Below are positions 32,995 through 42,696 of a DNA stretch of 64,000 nt, one piece after another. Under the pieces are notes generated by a model that did not search any database, had not been told where the DNA came from, and was given only the letters and a program-made list of their open reading frames with translations. How positions within the stretch are numbered: the first letter of the stretch is position 1; each line of letters begins with the position of its first letter. Position numbers and translations under genes: made by a program. This DNA comes from Nitrospirota bacterium. GTDB lineage: Bacteria; Nitrospirota; Nitrospiria; Nitrospirales; Nitrospiraceae. The DNA is taken from positions 224,001 through 288,000 of the forward strand of contig CAVPBK010000006.1 in the NCBI GenBank assembly GCA_963701855.1, written 5' to 3'.

Positions 32995-33825
32995 TCAATT
33001 CGTCACGACGGATTGAAGCGCCGTAGGCAGGAGGCGTGAAAGGTCTTCCTGCTTGAGAGGCCGATACTTGGAGCTGCCGGGAGCCTGACGCTCAAGGACC
33101 ACGCTTTCGATCGTCCGTTCTCCGACAAGTCCCCGCACGTGTGCGATCAAGGCGTCACTGCCTGGGATGGCGGCAGCCGATGAGCCCGCTCCACTTGTCG
33201 GTGGCTTGGTCTCAGCCTGTTGATCCACCTCGTCCTGTTGCTGCGCTAACGAACCGATCGCCCAAGCACGCAACGCCAGATCCAACGCTTGTGCCAATGA
33301 CAGCGTGACTGGCTGTTGCTCCTTAAGATAGGTCAACATTTTCGCCTGAACAGCCGGAGTGGCAGCCAAGACCGCACGTCCTGTCGTTTCCTCAAAGGTC
33401 CCATCGTAGTTGATCGTCAACAGTGCATCCTTCTCTGGCTTCTGCCCCAATTCTGTCACCAGAATACGGACGATAAATGGCGCCTTATACACTTCTTCAA
33501 AGGCCTGCTTGATCATCGGAGCAATGCCATATTTCACCAATCTCGACCCCGTCACATCGGACGGCGAGCGGTTGAAGCCTTCGACATGCGCCATTTCGAG
33601 CAAACTGAAACGAAGCTTTTCTAAATCCGTGGGATGCCCCATCCCGCCCAATGCCAACCTGTCGTAGATCTCGTAGAGCTTCGGAGTCCCCTTGCTCACA
33701 GTCGTCAGAAGAATGCCCCCATCATAGGTCAGGGCGACAACCGGGCTCCCCTGCTTGAACTGTTCATCGAGATATTGCCGCCGATTGCCGACCGCTTCTA
33801 CCCATCGATAGGGTTCTTCATACAT
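32995..33825 (-). CDS. prcA: 20S proteasome alpha subunit
   Basis: GSPVVAL, KLYEIYDR, DVTG. The sequence reads on the minus strand (CAT at 33823-33825) although the ORF track labels it '+'. Confidence 0.9.
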   Translation of the reverse strand: MYEEPYRWVEAVGNRRQYLDEQFKQGSPVVALTYDGGILLTTVSKGTPKLYEIYDRLALGGMGHPTDLEKLRFSLLEMAHVEGFNRSPSDVTGSRLVKYGIAPMIKQAFEEVYKAPFIVRILVTELGQKPEKDALLTINYDGTFEETTGRAVLAATPAVQAKMLTYLKEQQPVTLSLAQALDLALRAWAIGSLAQQQDEVDQQAETKPPTSGAGSSAAAIPGSDALIAHVRGLVGERTIESVVLERQAPGSSKYRPLKQEDLSRLLPTALQSVVTN

Positions 33826-34591
33826 AGCGCACCACCTGCGATTCGTAGAGGGGTTTCAATGTTGCATCCGACACCGTCTGCACACCAGCCCCGGCAATCA
33901 ACTTGATCACGGGATACAAACTCGCCTCCCGGTTGACACCGCCGGTCGCCGAATCAAATTCTGCCGCGCTCGTAAGCAATCGTAACGCCTGCACCATAGC
34001 CTGTTCTTCCGATAGCGCATTGAGGGGTTGTTCGCCCCACGTATTCAGATAGTGCAAGATCCCTCGGATCGTGGGAGAACCGGACCCGGATACGGCATAT
34101 TCCACGCCTTCAAACTCCGCGCCGAGGATATCGTAGAAATAGATCTTAGCCGAGCCCTGCTCCAGATCGAATCCGGCAAACACCGGAACCACCGCGCCAG
34201 TCCCGGCCAAGGCCGCAGGCACATTCTCCTTCAAGAGCTTGGAGACGGCGCGCAGCTTGCCGTCGAAACTCAATTCTTGCAGCTGCGTTCTCCGGTAGTA
34301 TTTGAAGGAATGTTCCAGGACTCGCACCATTTCATAGGCCGTCGCCGGGACACCGGCAATCGCCATGACACTGTGCCGATCGATCTCCAACACTTTGTCC
34401 GTACGATCGTACATCACCATGTTGCCGGCGGTCGCGCGACGATCTCCGGCTACCAGCACGCCATCGCGATACTTGAAGGCCAAAATCGTGGTGGCATTTG
34501 TGAGTGCATGGCCAGTCCCCACCGATGTCGGCACGCCAAGTGTGTAGCCCTGCTCCTTCAACAGTTGAAAAAAATCCCCTTGCATCCCCAT
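33818..34591 (-). CDS. prcB: 20S proteasome beta subunit (propeptide plus Thr nucleophile)
   Basis: ...NA-TTILA, AGDRRATAG, DKV, SGSGS, DSATGG. Confidence 0.93.
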   Translation of the reverse strand: MGMQGDFFQLLKEQGYTLGVPTSVGTGHALTNATTILAFKYRDGVLVAGDRRATAGNMVMYDRTDKVLEIDRHSVMAIAGVPATAYEMVRVLEHSFKYYRRTQLQELSFDGKLRAVSKLLKENVPAALAGTGAVVPVFAGFDLEQGSAKIYFYDILGAEFEGVEYAVSGSGSPTIRGILHYLNTWGEQPLNALSEEQAMVQALRLLTSAAEFDSATGGVNREASLYPVIKLIAGAGVQTVSDATLKPLYESQVVRYV

Positions 34592-34692
34592 CTCGTCCCC
34601 TTAGTTCTGAGTAAAGAGTTCTGAGTACTGAGTAGTCGTTCAAGTCCTGAGTTCTAATCCGTTCTGATTACTCAAGACTCAGCGCTTATCTT

Positions 34693-34887
34693 CTACTGTC
34701 CCGTCCGTTGCCGATACCGCTCGGCCTGTTTCGGATCGACCTTTCGCATGCGCTTGAGCAAATTATCTTTATCGGGCGACCCAGTCTCCGGCCGTTTCGG
34801 CCCACCGCCCTCATCGGACGGACTCGGGGCCTTTGGCATCGGATTACCTGGCCCTTCACGACGTTCCGGCATAGAGATGTAGCTCAT
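34693..34887 (-). CDS. ubact: Ubiquitin-like tag protein UBact
   Basis: 64-aa Pro/Gly-rich disordered protein ending ...YRQRTGQ (R[T/S]G[E/Q] signature), located between dop and prcB. Confidence 0.92.
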   Translation of the reverse strand: MSYISMPERREGPGNPMPKAPSPSDEGGGPKRPETGSPDKDNLLKRMRKVDPKQAERYRQRTGQ

Positions 34888-36410
34888 GATCGAGACTCCT
34901 TTTCTCTGCTCCATGTGTTCAGCGCATCCATCGGAGATGCCGCATGCTCAAATATCTGCGCACAGGCTTGAACCGCCTGTGGCTCGAAGAGGTCGCCCAT
35001 CTCCAATGTTCGCGGGAGCAGCCCCCCGTTGAACTGAATACATTCCCACTGCATCGACTTGATCTGATCAGGAAACCGCCTGACGCAGAGACCTCGGATC
35101 CCCGCTCTGGTATCGGCCGGACCGGCCACCAACGCCAATTCGATATCCCGCTCCGATGTCATCCTCCAGGCCTTCCCCTCGGCCTCGAACCCCAGGAAAA
35201 GCCCGCGATCCAGATTCACATTATGGTACTCCAAATCCAAACTCGCCAGCCAGGGATCATCCCAGCCAATCCGCTCTTCTTGCATAAAGGTTTCCAACAG
35301 CCAGAGCTTGGTAACCCAATCGAGCTTCCCAACCAGTTGCCGTCGATCGCCGATGAGTAACCGCAGTGTAGCGGCCCATTCGCGAAGTATCCAATCGGTC
35401 TCTGCGTCAGTACCGGCCAAATGCTTCTCTGCCGCAAGATAGTACTGTTCTTGAATGTCGAGACCCGTGATGGTGCTGCCGTTCTTCTGACGAACCGTTG
35501 CCTTCAGATTCTGATCGCGAGACAGCTGCTTCACCGCCGTGACGGGCTGTTCCATTTCAAGACCCGGCGCAGCTCCACGCGCGATCAACTCCAGCGCCAA
35601 CTGCGTCGTCCCGACTTTCAATGCCGTGGCGTATTCGCACATGTTGGCATCGCCGATGATGAGATGAAGCCGCCGATATTTTTCTCTCACTGCATGAGGC
35701 TCGTCCCTTGTATTCAGAATCGGACGATTGTGCATCGTATCGACGCTCAAGTCCGTCTCCATAAAGTCGGCTCGTTGAGAGAGCTGGTAGTGGCCAGGCA
35801 CGAACCCGCTTTCTTGACCCTCCACCCCGACTTTGCCGGCTCCAGCTATGACCTGCCGGCTGACGAGGAACGGCAGCAGCCCCGCAGTCAGTGAAGGGAA
35901 GGGAATGGAACGAGAGACCAGATAGTTGTCGTGACATCCGTAACTATGTCCATGAAAATCCGTGTTGTTCTTGTAGAGCTGCACATGCTGCCCGCCGAGC
36001 ACATGATTACGCCGCTCTGCCGCCCGCTGGGCAATGCGCTCACCGGCACGGTCATGGGCCAGGAGATCTTTCAGCGTTCGACATTCAGGCGTGGAATACT
36101 CAGGGTGCGTATGGTCGTTGTAGAAGCGCGCGCCATTCGGGAGAACAAGATCGCTCTTCATCTCATGAAACGAAAACGGCCGATGGGCATCGACCTTGGC
36201 GAATTCGTCTTCTTCTTTATCTTGCTGCAGGCCAAGGACTCGGAACCCCCGCGCATCTTCATGCGGATCTTCACCGCCATAGTCCCATCGCCGCTCGAAC
36301 GAGGCAGTCAGATGGGCCCGTACCAATTCCATCGACTCCACGACCGGATCAACCGCGTCCTGGTCTTCCCTCGTAATCCCATACTCCGTTTCGATGCCGA
36401 ATAGCCGCAT
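34884..36410 (-). CDS. dop: Dop-family deamidase/depupylase
   Basis: FGIETEYG, WDY..EDP..DARGF Dop loop, NGARFYNDHTHPEYSTPE, YKNNTD, SYGCHDNYL. Confidence 0.92.
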   Translation of the reverse strand: MRLFGIETEYGITREDQDAVDPVVESMELVRAHLTASFERRWDYGGEDPHEDARGFRVLGLQQDKEEDEFAKVDAHRPFSFHEMKSDLVLPNGARFYNDHTHPEYSTPECRTLKDLLAHDRAGERIAQRAAERRNHVLGGQHVQLYKNNTDFHGHSYGCHDNYLVSRSIPFPSLTAGLLPFLVSRQVIAGAGKVGVEGQESGFVPGHYQLSQRADFMETDLSVDTMHNRPILNTRDEPHAVREKYRRLHLIIGDANMCEYATALKVGTTQLALELIARGAAPGLEMEQPVTAVKQLSRDQNLKATVRQKNGSTITGLDIQEQYYLAAEKHLAGTDAETDWILREWAATLRLLIGDRRQLVGKLDWVTKLWLLETFMQEERIGWDDPWLASLDLEYHNVNLDRGLFLGFEAEGKAWRMTSERDIELALVAGPADTRAGIRGLCVRRFPDQIKSMQWECIQFNGGLLPRTLEMGDLFEPQAVQACAQIFEHAASPMDALNTWSREKESRS

Positions 36411-36551
36411 CTTCGTTCCCATCTTCCTCACTACTCTCAGGGACAGAATCACGATCAGGTAGCTGGGGTGCTCTCGACTGCACCCATCGAGCGACCACAT
36501 TCTGATCGTGCGGCTCTGAGAGCAAAGAAAGCCCCCAGCCCACCTGATCCC

Positions 36552-38309
36552 TTATATAATCTGTCCTATCAGCTTCTCTTCGGACTGCCGCCCCCTTCGG
36601 AAAGAGGAAACTCCGACGACCTGTTCTGGATGATGGTCGAGGAGTTTGAGCCATTCTTCCGCCGCATCATCAGGTGGCAACATCTCGCCCTCTCGGAATT
36701 CTGCGTGAACGGAATTCACCAGATCATCCAAGGTCATGCCGCCTTGCTCGGCCACGCCAGCCGCGATCATGCGATCGATGGCCTGCTCCTTTGCTCGTTG
36801 AACGATCGAAGCCAGGATCGCACCGCTGATCAGATCGCTCCGATAGAGGATCTTATTCTGCCCGTTTCGGAGCCTGATCGACAGAAGCCGATTCTCCTCG
36901 ATGCGCAAAAAGATCGCAGAGAGCGCATGCTCGATGAGGTCGGCACAGGCCTTCTTCCGGTCTCCGCCGTGCTGGTCGATCCATTGCCGGTCCAGAGGCA
37001 GGTCATCTGTCAGGTACACGTTAAGAATCGCTGCTGCCGAGTCACGATTCGGGCGGCTCACTTTGATCTTACGATCGATACGCCCGGGACGCAGCACAGC
37101 CGGATCGATCAGATCCGGTCGATTCGAAGCCAGAATGATCACCACATCGCGCAGCGACTCGATCCCGTCCATCTCGGAACAGAACATCGGGACCAGGGTA
37201 CTGGAGATGTTGAATGAACGAGAGGCCCGTCTCGTGCCGAGAACCGACTCCGCCTCATCGATAAAGATAAAGGGTAACGCTCCCTCCTTCCGCCGAGCGC
37301 GGGCCTGGGCGAAAAGATCCCTGACCATCCGCTCCGATTCTCCCAACCACATGTTCAGAATCTCTGGCCCCTTGATGTGGAGGAAGGCCCCGCGAGTCAC
37401 CGGCAGCCTATCTCCATCCGCACCGGATACGCCCTGGTCCGACTCTCCCACCAGCTTTGAGAGGCTGGCGGCCGCTGCTTGTCCTATCAACGTCTTTCCG
37501 CAGCCGGGAGGGCCGTAGAGCAGGAAGCCCTTGGGTTGAGTGAACTTGAAGCGCTGAAACGTAGCCGCATGGATCAAGGGATACTCGATGGCTTTCTGAA
37601 TAGCTGCGATCGCTTCTGTTTGCCCCCCGATCTGCTCCCATGTGACCGTGGGAACCTCGTCGAGCAAGTGGGACTTGGCTTTCCGGTCTTCCAATTTCTC
37701 GATCGCCACGTGAAGGCTGGGATCGATACGCACCTCATCGCCGGCCTTCAGGTCCACACCGACAAGATCGCTCGACCGCTGGAGAATCAAGACCTGCCGT
37801 CCCATCTCTTGCTCGAAACGAAGCCGCCCATCGGCCAAGGCTTCCGCCACTTTCAACACGGGCCCATTACGATCATAGCCCAATATCTTAATGACTGCGT
37901 AGGCTTCGTTAACCAGAATCTGGGCGCCGATCTTTAACTCAGTAGCCTGCACCCGTGGATCGACCGAAGCATAATACTCAGCACCCCCTACCAGAATCCG
38001 TGCGAGACCTTCCCCTGGCACCTCAAGCAAGGTACCGACCCGATTAGCAGGCGCCGTGAGCTTCGCGATCACGTCGGCCACTTTCTTGAATTCAACCTCG
38101 CGCTGCTGCTGCGCCGCTTGACCAAGGATCACAACATGACGCAGCTTGTAGAGGATCTTCTGCCGAGGATCACTGTCCGGGAATGAGGCGAGACATTGCT
38201 CGATAAGATCAAGGGGATCGGACTCCATGCGCGTTGACGGATTTGCGGTATCCTCCGTCTTCCCGTTGGACGATGGATCCTGTGGCTGAGCGGGTCGGCG
38301 ATCACTCAT
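36552..38309 (-). CDS. arc: Proteasome-associated AAA+ ATPase (ARC/Mpa)
   Basis: Coiled coil, OB region, GPPGCGKT, KGPEILN, FIDEAE, RPGRIDRKI, SGA. Confidence 0.92.
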   Translation of the reverse strand: MSDRRPAQPQDPSSNGKTEDTANPSTRMESDPLDLIEQCLASFPDSDPRQKILYKLRHVVILGQAAQQQREVEFKKVADVIAKLTAPANRVGTLLEVPGEGLARILVGGAEYYASVDPRVQATELKIGAQILVNEAYAVIKILGYDRNGPVLKVAEALADGRLRFEQEMGRQVLILQRSSDLVGVDLKAGDEVRIDPSLHVAIEKLEDRKAKSHLLDEVPTVTWEQIGGQTEAIAAIQKAIEYPLIHAATFQRFKFTQPKGFLLYGPPGCGKTLIGQAAAASLSKLVGESDQGVSGADGDRLPVTRGAFLHIKGPEILNMWLGESERMVRDLFAQARARRKEGALPFIFIDEAESVLGTRRASRSFNISSTLVPMFCSEMDGIESLRDVVIILASNRPDLIDPAVLRPGRIDRKIKVSRPNRDSAAAILNVYLTDDLPLDRQWIDQHGGDRKKACADLIEHALSAIFLRIEENRLLSIRLRNGQNKILYRSDLISGAILASIVQRAKEQAIDRMIAAGVAEQGGMTLDDLVNSVHAEFREGEMLPPDDAAEEWLKLLDHHPEQVVGVSSFRRGRQSEEKLIGQII

Positions 38310-38370
38310 CGGTGGTCCTCCATGCGAAACAGATGGATGATCCTACCATAGCGACCTCGCGGATTGCCGA

Positions 38371-39492
38371 TCAATTGACGGCTTGGAGGGTTACGGATAC
38401 ACGTTCGTGGCGGGCTCCCCGTAGGATTTCGACCGTGACCTGGTCATTGACTTTGTGCCGTTCCATCACATCCATCAGTTCATCCAGGGTTCCGACTTGC
38501 TTGCCGTCGACTGCCGTGATGATGTCACCCAACTCCACACGTCCGACGACAGTCTCACGCGCACCCTTCAGCCCGGCCTGCTCCGCCCCGCCGCCACGCG
38601 ATACCTTGCCGATAATCAGTCCCTTGATCCCCCACCGCTTGGCCATCGCATCGGGAACGAGCGAGACTCCGAGCCCTGGTCGAATGAGCTTGCCATGTTT
38701 GATGAGCTCCGGGACAATCCGGTTAACCGTATCGACCGGAACGGCAAAGCCGATTCCAGCGAAGGCCCCACTTGGGCTGACAATCTGAGTATTCACACCG
38801 ATCAATCGCCCAATGCTATCGAGCAGCGGCCCACCGGAGTTCCCCGGATTGATCGCAGCATCGGTTTGAATGACGCCTTCAATCGTACGGTTCGATAATG
38901 ATTTGATCGTCCGACCCAAGGCGCTCACCACGCCAGTCGTCAGCGTATGATCGAGGCCGAACGGATTCCCGATCGCCAATACTTTCTGTCCGACGCGCAA
39001 GTCCTGCGACGTTCCAACGGTGAGGGGCGAGAGCGCTTCTTCAGGCGCACGGATCTGCAGCACCGCCACATCGTGATCGGGATCGGCGCCGATGAGCGTG
39101 GCCTTATACTCCGTCCGATCGGCCAACGTGACGGTGACCGAACTGGCCCCATAGACGACATGAAAATTGGTGACGATGTGCCCCTGCTTGTTCCAGACAA
39201 ATCCCGATCCGGACCCTTGTGGGACCTCAAAGAGATTGAACGACCAGGGATCTCGCTGGATCGCCGTATTCGCAATGAAGACCACGGACTTCGTCGCCCG
39301 CTCGAACACGGCCATCGTGGCCCGCTCATCCAAGCCCAATTCGGCTGGCGAGGGCGTCACGACGCGCGGCTTCCCTTCAGGGCCATCATAGGCCCCGCCT
39401 AACGGCTTGCCCCACTCCGCCGGCGATAAGGCAGGCCAAAGACAGATGAGTAACAGTCCTGCCGAAACGACAAGCTCCTTCATCGCAATCAC
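38371..39492 (-). CDS. HtrA/DegP-family serine protease with one PDZ domain
   Basis: Signal peptide, GSGSGF, TNFHV, DVAVL, INPGNSGGPL, C-terminal PDZ. Confidence 0.93.
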   Translation of the reverse strand: MIAMKELVVSAGLLLICLWPALSPAEWGKPLGGAYDGPEGKPRVVTPSPAELGLDERATMAVFERATKSVVFIANTAIQRDPWSFNLFEVPQGSGSGFVWNKQGHIVTNFHVVYGASSVTVTLADRTEYKATLIGADPDHDVAVLQIRAPEEALSPLTVGTSQDLRVGQKVLAIGNPFGLDHTLTTGVVSALGRTIKSLSNRTIEGVIQTDAAINPGNSGGPLLDSIGRLIGVNTQIVSPSGAFAGIGFAVPVDTVNRIVPELIKHGKLIRPGLGVSLVPDAMAKRWGIKGLIIGKVSRGGGAEQAGLKGARETVVGRVELGDIITAVDGKQVGTLDELMDVMERHKVNDQVTVEILRGARHERVSVTLQAVN

Positions 39493-39911
39493 TCACCCAT
39501 GATTTGGACAATAATTTCTCTGATCCGGGATCTGGTATCGAAATCGACAAGCACAATCTGTTGCCAGTTCCCTAGCAACATCGCTCCGGCCAGGAAGGGA
39601 ATCGTGACCGATGGCCCTTGTAGTTGACCTCGCAGGTGACTGTGGCCGTTGTCCTCACCGGCATTCCTTGTATTGTGCTGCCAGGCAGGATCGGCAGGCA
39701 CAGCCCGATCCCAGAAGGCTTTGGTATCGGCCCTGATGCCCGGTTCATCTTCAATGATCATCACCGACGCGGTGGTGTGCTTGACAAACACCGTCACGAT
39801 CCCAGCCAACAGCCCGGTGCCTGCCAAGGCGTCGGTCACGGACTTCGTCATGTTTTCGATCTGCGTGTTCCCCTGCATGGGGACACGCAACGACACTGTC
39901 TTGACCGCCAT
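39489..39911 (-). CDS. YjbQ/UPF0047-family protein
   Basis: HTTAS, NGHSHL, LGNWQQI, DFD...R. Confidence 0.9.
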   Translation of the reverse strand: MAVKTVSLRVPMQGNTQIENMTKSVTDALAGTGLLAGIVTVFVKHTTASVMIIEDEPGIRADTKAFWDRAVPADPAWQHNTRNAGEDNGHSHLRGQLQGPSVTIPFLAGAMLLGNWQQIVLVDFDTRSRIREIIVQIMGE

Positions 39912-39912
39912 C

Positions 39913-40782
39913 TCAGGACTCCATCGCTCGGAGCGCTTGTCGCTCACCCCGCGTAAAGGCGCAGCCACGAGCCTCCTTGATGATCGCATCGAACTCACCT
40001 TGCGCTGTCAACCGGCGCAACGCCTCCATCACAGCCCCGCTCAATATTCCTTCCTGCTGCAGCTTCTCCAAATAGCCGAAGGCATCGACCAACGTCTCTT
40101 TCTTCCGCACATAGTAGTCCCTTCCACGACGCTGATTGCTGTAGGCTTCAAACTGTTCGCAAGCAACAAGAATCTCCGCCAACTGCCTGACCCAGGGTTT
40201 GGCCGACACCAACTTCTCCGGATAGTAATAGTACAACATCACTTGCTGCATCCAAGGCGCCCAGGTCACTCCCATCTTTCTGATGGTTGGTTGAACCGTA
40301 CGCAACTGACGGGCAAGCCGACGCGAATACCCCAACCGCATCTCGACCTGTTCCTTGGCCCAAGGGGTCATCGCTATGCCATCGGCCTCAAGATTGTTTC
40401 TATAGCACCGGAGAAAGGCCTCCGTTTCGCGCCCGTAAGTCGTCTCTGGATGTATGGCTCTCCATTCACGCGGTCTGGTCGGAATGCCGCGCTCCTTGGC
40501 CCAGGACCAAATTTTCCCGAAGAGCCGGCGATCGAGCCCAGCGCGGCCTAAGTCATGCAGCAAACACGCGATCTGATACTGGTGAACCCGCCCGGCTCCG
40601 TGACCCAATGCTGTGGCCACTGATGCACACATACGCGCTGTCCGCACCGCATGCGGCCGATCGTACCCACGAATGATGCGGTCAGGGTGAACAGGATGAG
40701 GGTAATCGTAGAGACGCATTAACCGAGACAGGAGTACACGGGAAACCAGGAGCGGAGCGCGTATATGAACAGGTTGCATCAT
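39913..40782 (-). CDS. HD-domain protein
   Basis: HAVR...ACLLHDLG motif and EQFEAYSN..R (HD-GYP-like C-terminus); start uncertain. Confidence 0.7.
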   Translation of the reverse strand: MMQPVHIRAPLLVSRVLLSRLMRLYDYPHPVHPDRIIRGYDRPHAVRTARMCASVATALGHGAGRVHQYQIACLLHDLGRAGLDRRLFGKIWSWAKERGIPTRPREWRAIHPETTYGRETEAFLRCYRNNLEADGIAMTPWAKEQVEMRLGYSRRLARQLRTVQPTIRKMGVTWAPWMQQVMLYYYYPEKLVSAKPWVRQLAEILVACEQFEAYSNQRRGRDYYVRKKETLVDAFGYLEKLQQEGILSGAVMEALRRLTAQGEFDAIIKEARGCAFTRGERQALRAMES

Positions 40783-40956
40783 GAGTTGGAACGAAGCGGA
40801 CGAATGGGTTACGGATACAGCCACGAGGAGGATATCGTTCGATGAAACGAGGTGTCAAGGCAAGCCTGTGCACTAACGCTCGATGAAAGTCCTGATCTCT
40901 GCTATGCTCGGACCGAGGGCCAAGGAAGTGTCCGCCCAGGTCGATATGGTAACACG

Positions 40957-41604
40957 ATGACAAGAACGCATTGGAGCACGGCGGTAGTTATGGGCGGAGT
41001 CCTCTTCTCCTGCACCCTGATGACCTCGATAACGGAACTCGCAGCATTCTCGCTGGATCAACTCACTGAGCTGACAGGCAAGGCCTCCGTCATCGTCACC
41101 CTCAAAGGGCGCGACAACTTTACGAGCGAATACCGCTACGATATCAGCGTCAGGAACCACACGTCTGATCTGCTGATCGCCGACTCGCTAGTGATTGTCC
41201 TCGACAAAATTACCAACCTTGCAGGCGAAGACCACGAAGGGTTGACAGGCGAATCCTTCCTCACCCGGTTTGAAGTGCTGGGACAGGACGGCGAAACTAA
41301 TGATGGCAAACCTTTTTTCCGCATTCCGGTCGGCCCATCCCCGGACCTCGGCCCACTCACCGATAGCCTCCCTGCCAGCATCCGCCTCAGGAACAAAGAT
41401 TACCTCGCAGTATTCACGCCTTCTTTCAAAGTGTTGGGACAAAAACGTCCGCCGCCTGAGCCCAAACAAACCCAAGCTACTCCAGTTCAGCCGGGAACCA
41501 ATCCGACCGCGCCCAGTCGCAGCTCCGTCGACAAGCTGATTCAGTTATTGATCAAAAAAGGCGTGGTGACAGAAGAGGAGTGGCGCAAGGCCAACCAGCC
41601 ATGA
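40957..41604 (+). CDS. Exported hypothetical protein
   Basis: Signal peptide, beta-rich core, Pro-rich linker, C-terminal LIKKGVVTEEE short domain. Confidence 0.7.
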   Translation: MTRTHWSTAVVMGGVLFSCTLMTSITELAAFSLDQLTELTGKASVIVTLKGRDNFTSEYRYDISVRNHTSDLLIADSLVIVLDKITNLAGEDHEGLTGESFLTRFEVLGQDGETNDGKPFFRIPVGPSPDLGPLTDSLPASIRLRNKDYLAVFTPSFKVLGQKRPPPEPKQTQATPVQPGTNPTAPSRSSVDKLIQLLIKKGVVTEEEWRKANQP

Positions 41605-42029
41605 CGGACCCCATGTGCAAAGCCTGCCAGGGCAGCTGGCCGGAAGAAGACCATTTCATCGCTGACCTCGGCCTCTCTAAGGCCTATCTGCACGACGATC
41701 AGTTCTTCCCAGGCTGGACCGTTGTCCTGTTCAAACGCCACGCGATAGAGCTGTTTCTTATGGCGCCCACGGAACGGATTCAGCTAATGGAGGAAGTGAA
41801 CCTGATTGCCAAAGTTGTCGCCCAAATCTATGAAGCCAGAAAGATCAACTATGAACTCCTCGGCAACCAACTCCCCCATATCCACTGGCATGTCATTCCA
41901 CGACTAGCCGACGACCCAGCCCCCCTCGAACCAGTATGGCGGGTGCAGCACGAGCCCCTGCTCCCTTCGGGATCTGAACTCCAAAACACGATTCAGCGCC
42001 TGCGGCAGGGCATTGAGAATGCTCGCTGA
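41601..42029 (+). CDS. HIT-family protein
   Basis: CKAC, KINYELLGNQLPHIHWHVIPR; ATGA overlap with the upstream gene. Confidence 0.9.
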   Translation: MTDPMCKACQGSWPEEDHFIADLGLSKAYLHDDQFFPGWTVVLFKRHAIELFLMAPTERIQLMEEVNLIAKVVAQIYEARKINYELLGNQLPHIHWHVIPRLADDPAPLEPVWRVQHEPLLPSGSELQNTIQRLRQGIENAR

Positions 42030-42030
42030 A

Positions 42031-42206
42031 TAATGCTCCCCGCAGCAAACTGCGGGGTATCCTGCAAAATCCTCCGAAGCCACTTCCATCCTTCGCCAAA
42101 GCTACGGAGGGTTCTTCTCGCCTTCACCCCGTAGCAGCCTACTCCGCCGAAGTAGCCACTTCGGCTACGAAGGCCTGAAATTACGAGATATTCGGCGAAG
42201 GGGAAT
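42031..42206. repeat. Palindrome-rich non-autonomous element with nested REP-like hairpins
   Basis: CCCCGCAG-CAAA-CTGCGGGG hairpin, CCTTCGCCAAAGCTACGGAGGG, and GTAGCC-ACTTC-GGCTAC. Confidence 0.6.
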
Positions 42207-42505
42207 AGCCCATGAAGTCATCCTGATCCGCAAACCGGTCATGCGGGTGCGACGTCCCCTTTTCGACGATTACCCGATAGAGCCAGCATAACGGCTCCAC
42301 ATCCCGCTCATCAGCCAATACCAACTGAACCGGCGAACCGTCTTTGAGTTTCGCGCCGACAGGAAAAAAGAGACTCCTCGACTAGACCTTGGCTCGCATA
42401 AGTCGATAGTTATGCCCAACCAGAACTTTGGGGGATATGATTCTAAGTGCTTGGAATCTAAAGGCAAGGCAGCCCATTAATATTTTCTTTAAAAACTGAA
42501 ACATT

Positions 42506-42514
42506 TGATATAAT
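42506..42514 (+). promoter_or_regulatory. Extended -10 promoter
   Basis: TG-A-TATAAT in an AT-rich context directly upstream of AGGAGG. Confidence 0.55.
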
Positions 42515-42534
42515 TTTTCCAGGAGGCGTATGCC

Positions 42535-42696
42535 ATGTTATACGAATTATTCATGTTATGGATGGTTGGCAGCATTACTGTGGTTCTAGCCAGCATGGTG
42601 CTCGGTGGATTATTGTGTGTGTGGTGTGCCTATAAAGGTAGTAAGCGCTCCCGATTGGTCTCCCACCACTCCGCACATCGACTAAGTCATCAATGA
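42535..42696 (+). CDS. 53-aa small single-pass membrane protein (below ORF-track cutoff)
   Basis: AGGAGG at 42521; MLYELFMLWMVGSITVVLASMVLGGLLCVWCAYKGSKRSRLVSHHSAHRLSHQ. Confidence 0.65.
   Translation: MLYELFMLWMVGSITVVLASMVLGGLLCVWCAYKGSKRSRLVSHHSAHRLSHQ

Noticed and set aside
32995..33825. ORF track labels the 276-aa ORF as + strand
   Set aside because: MYEEPYRW is encoded by the reverse complement starting at 33825; it is prcA on the minus strand.
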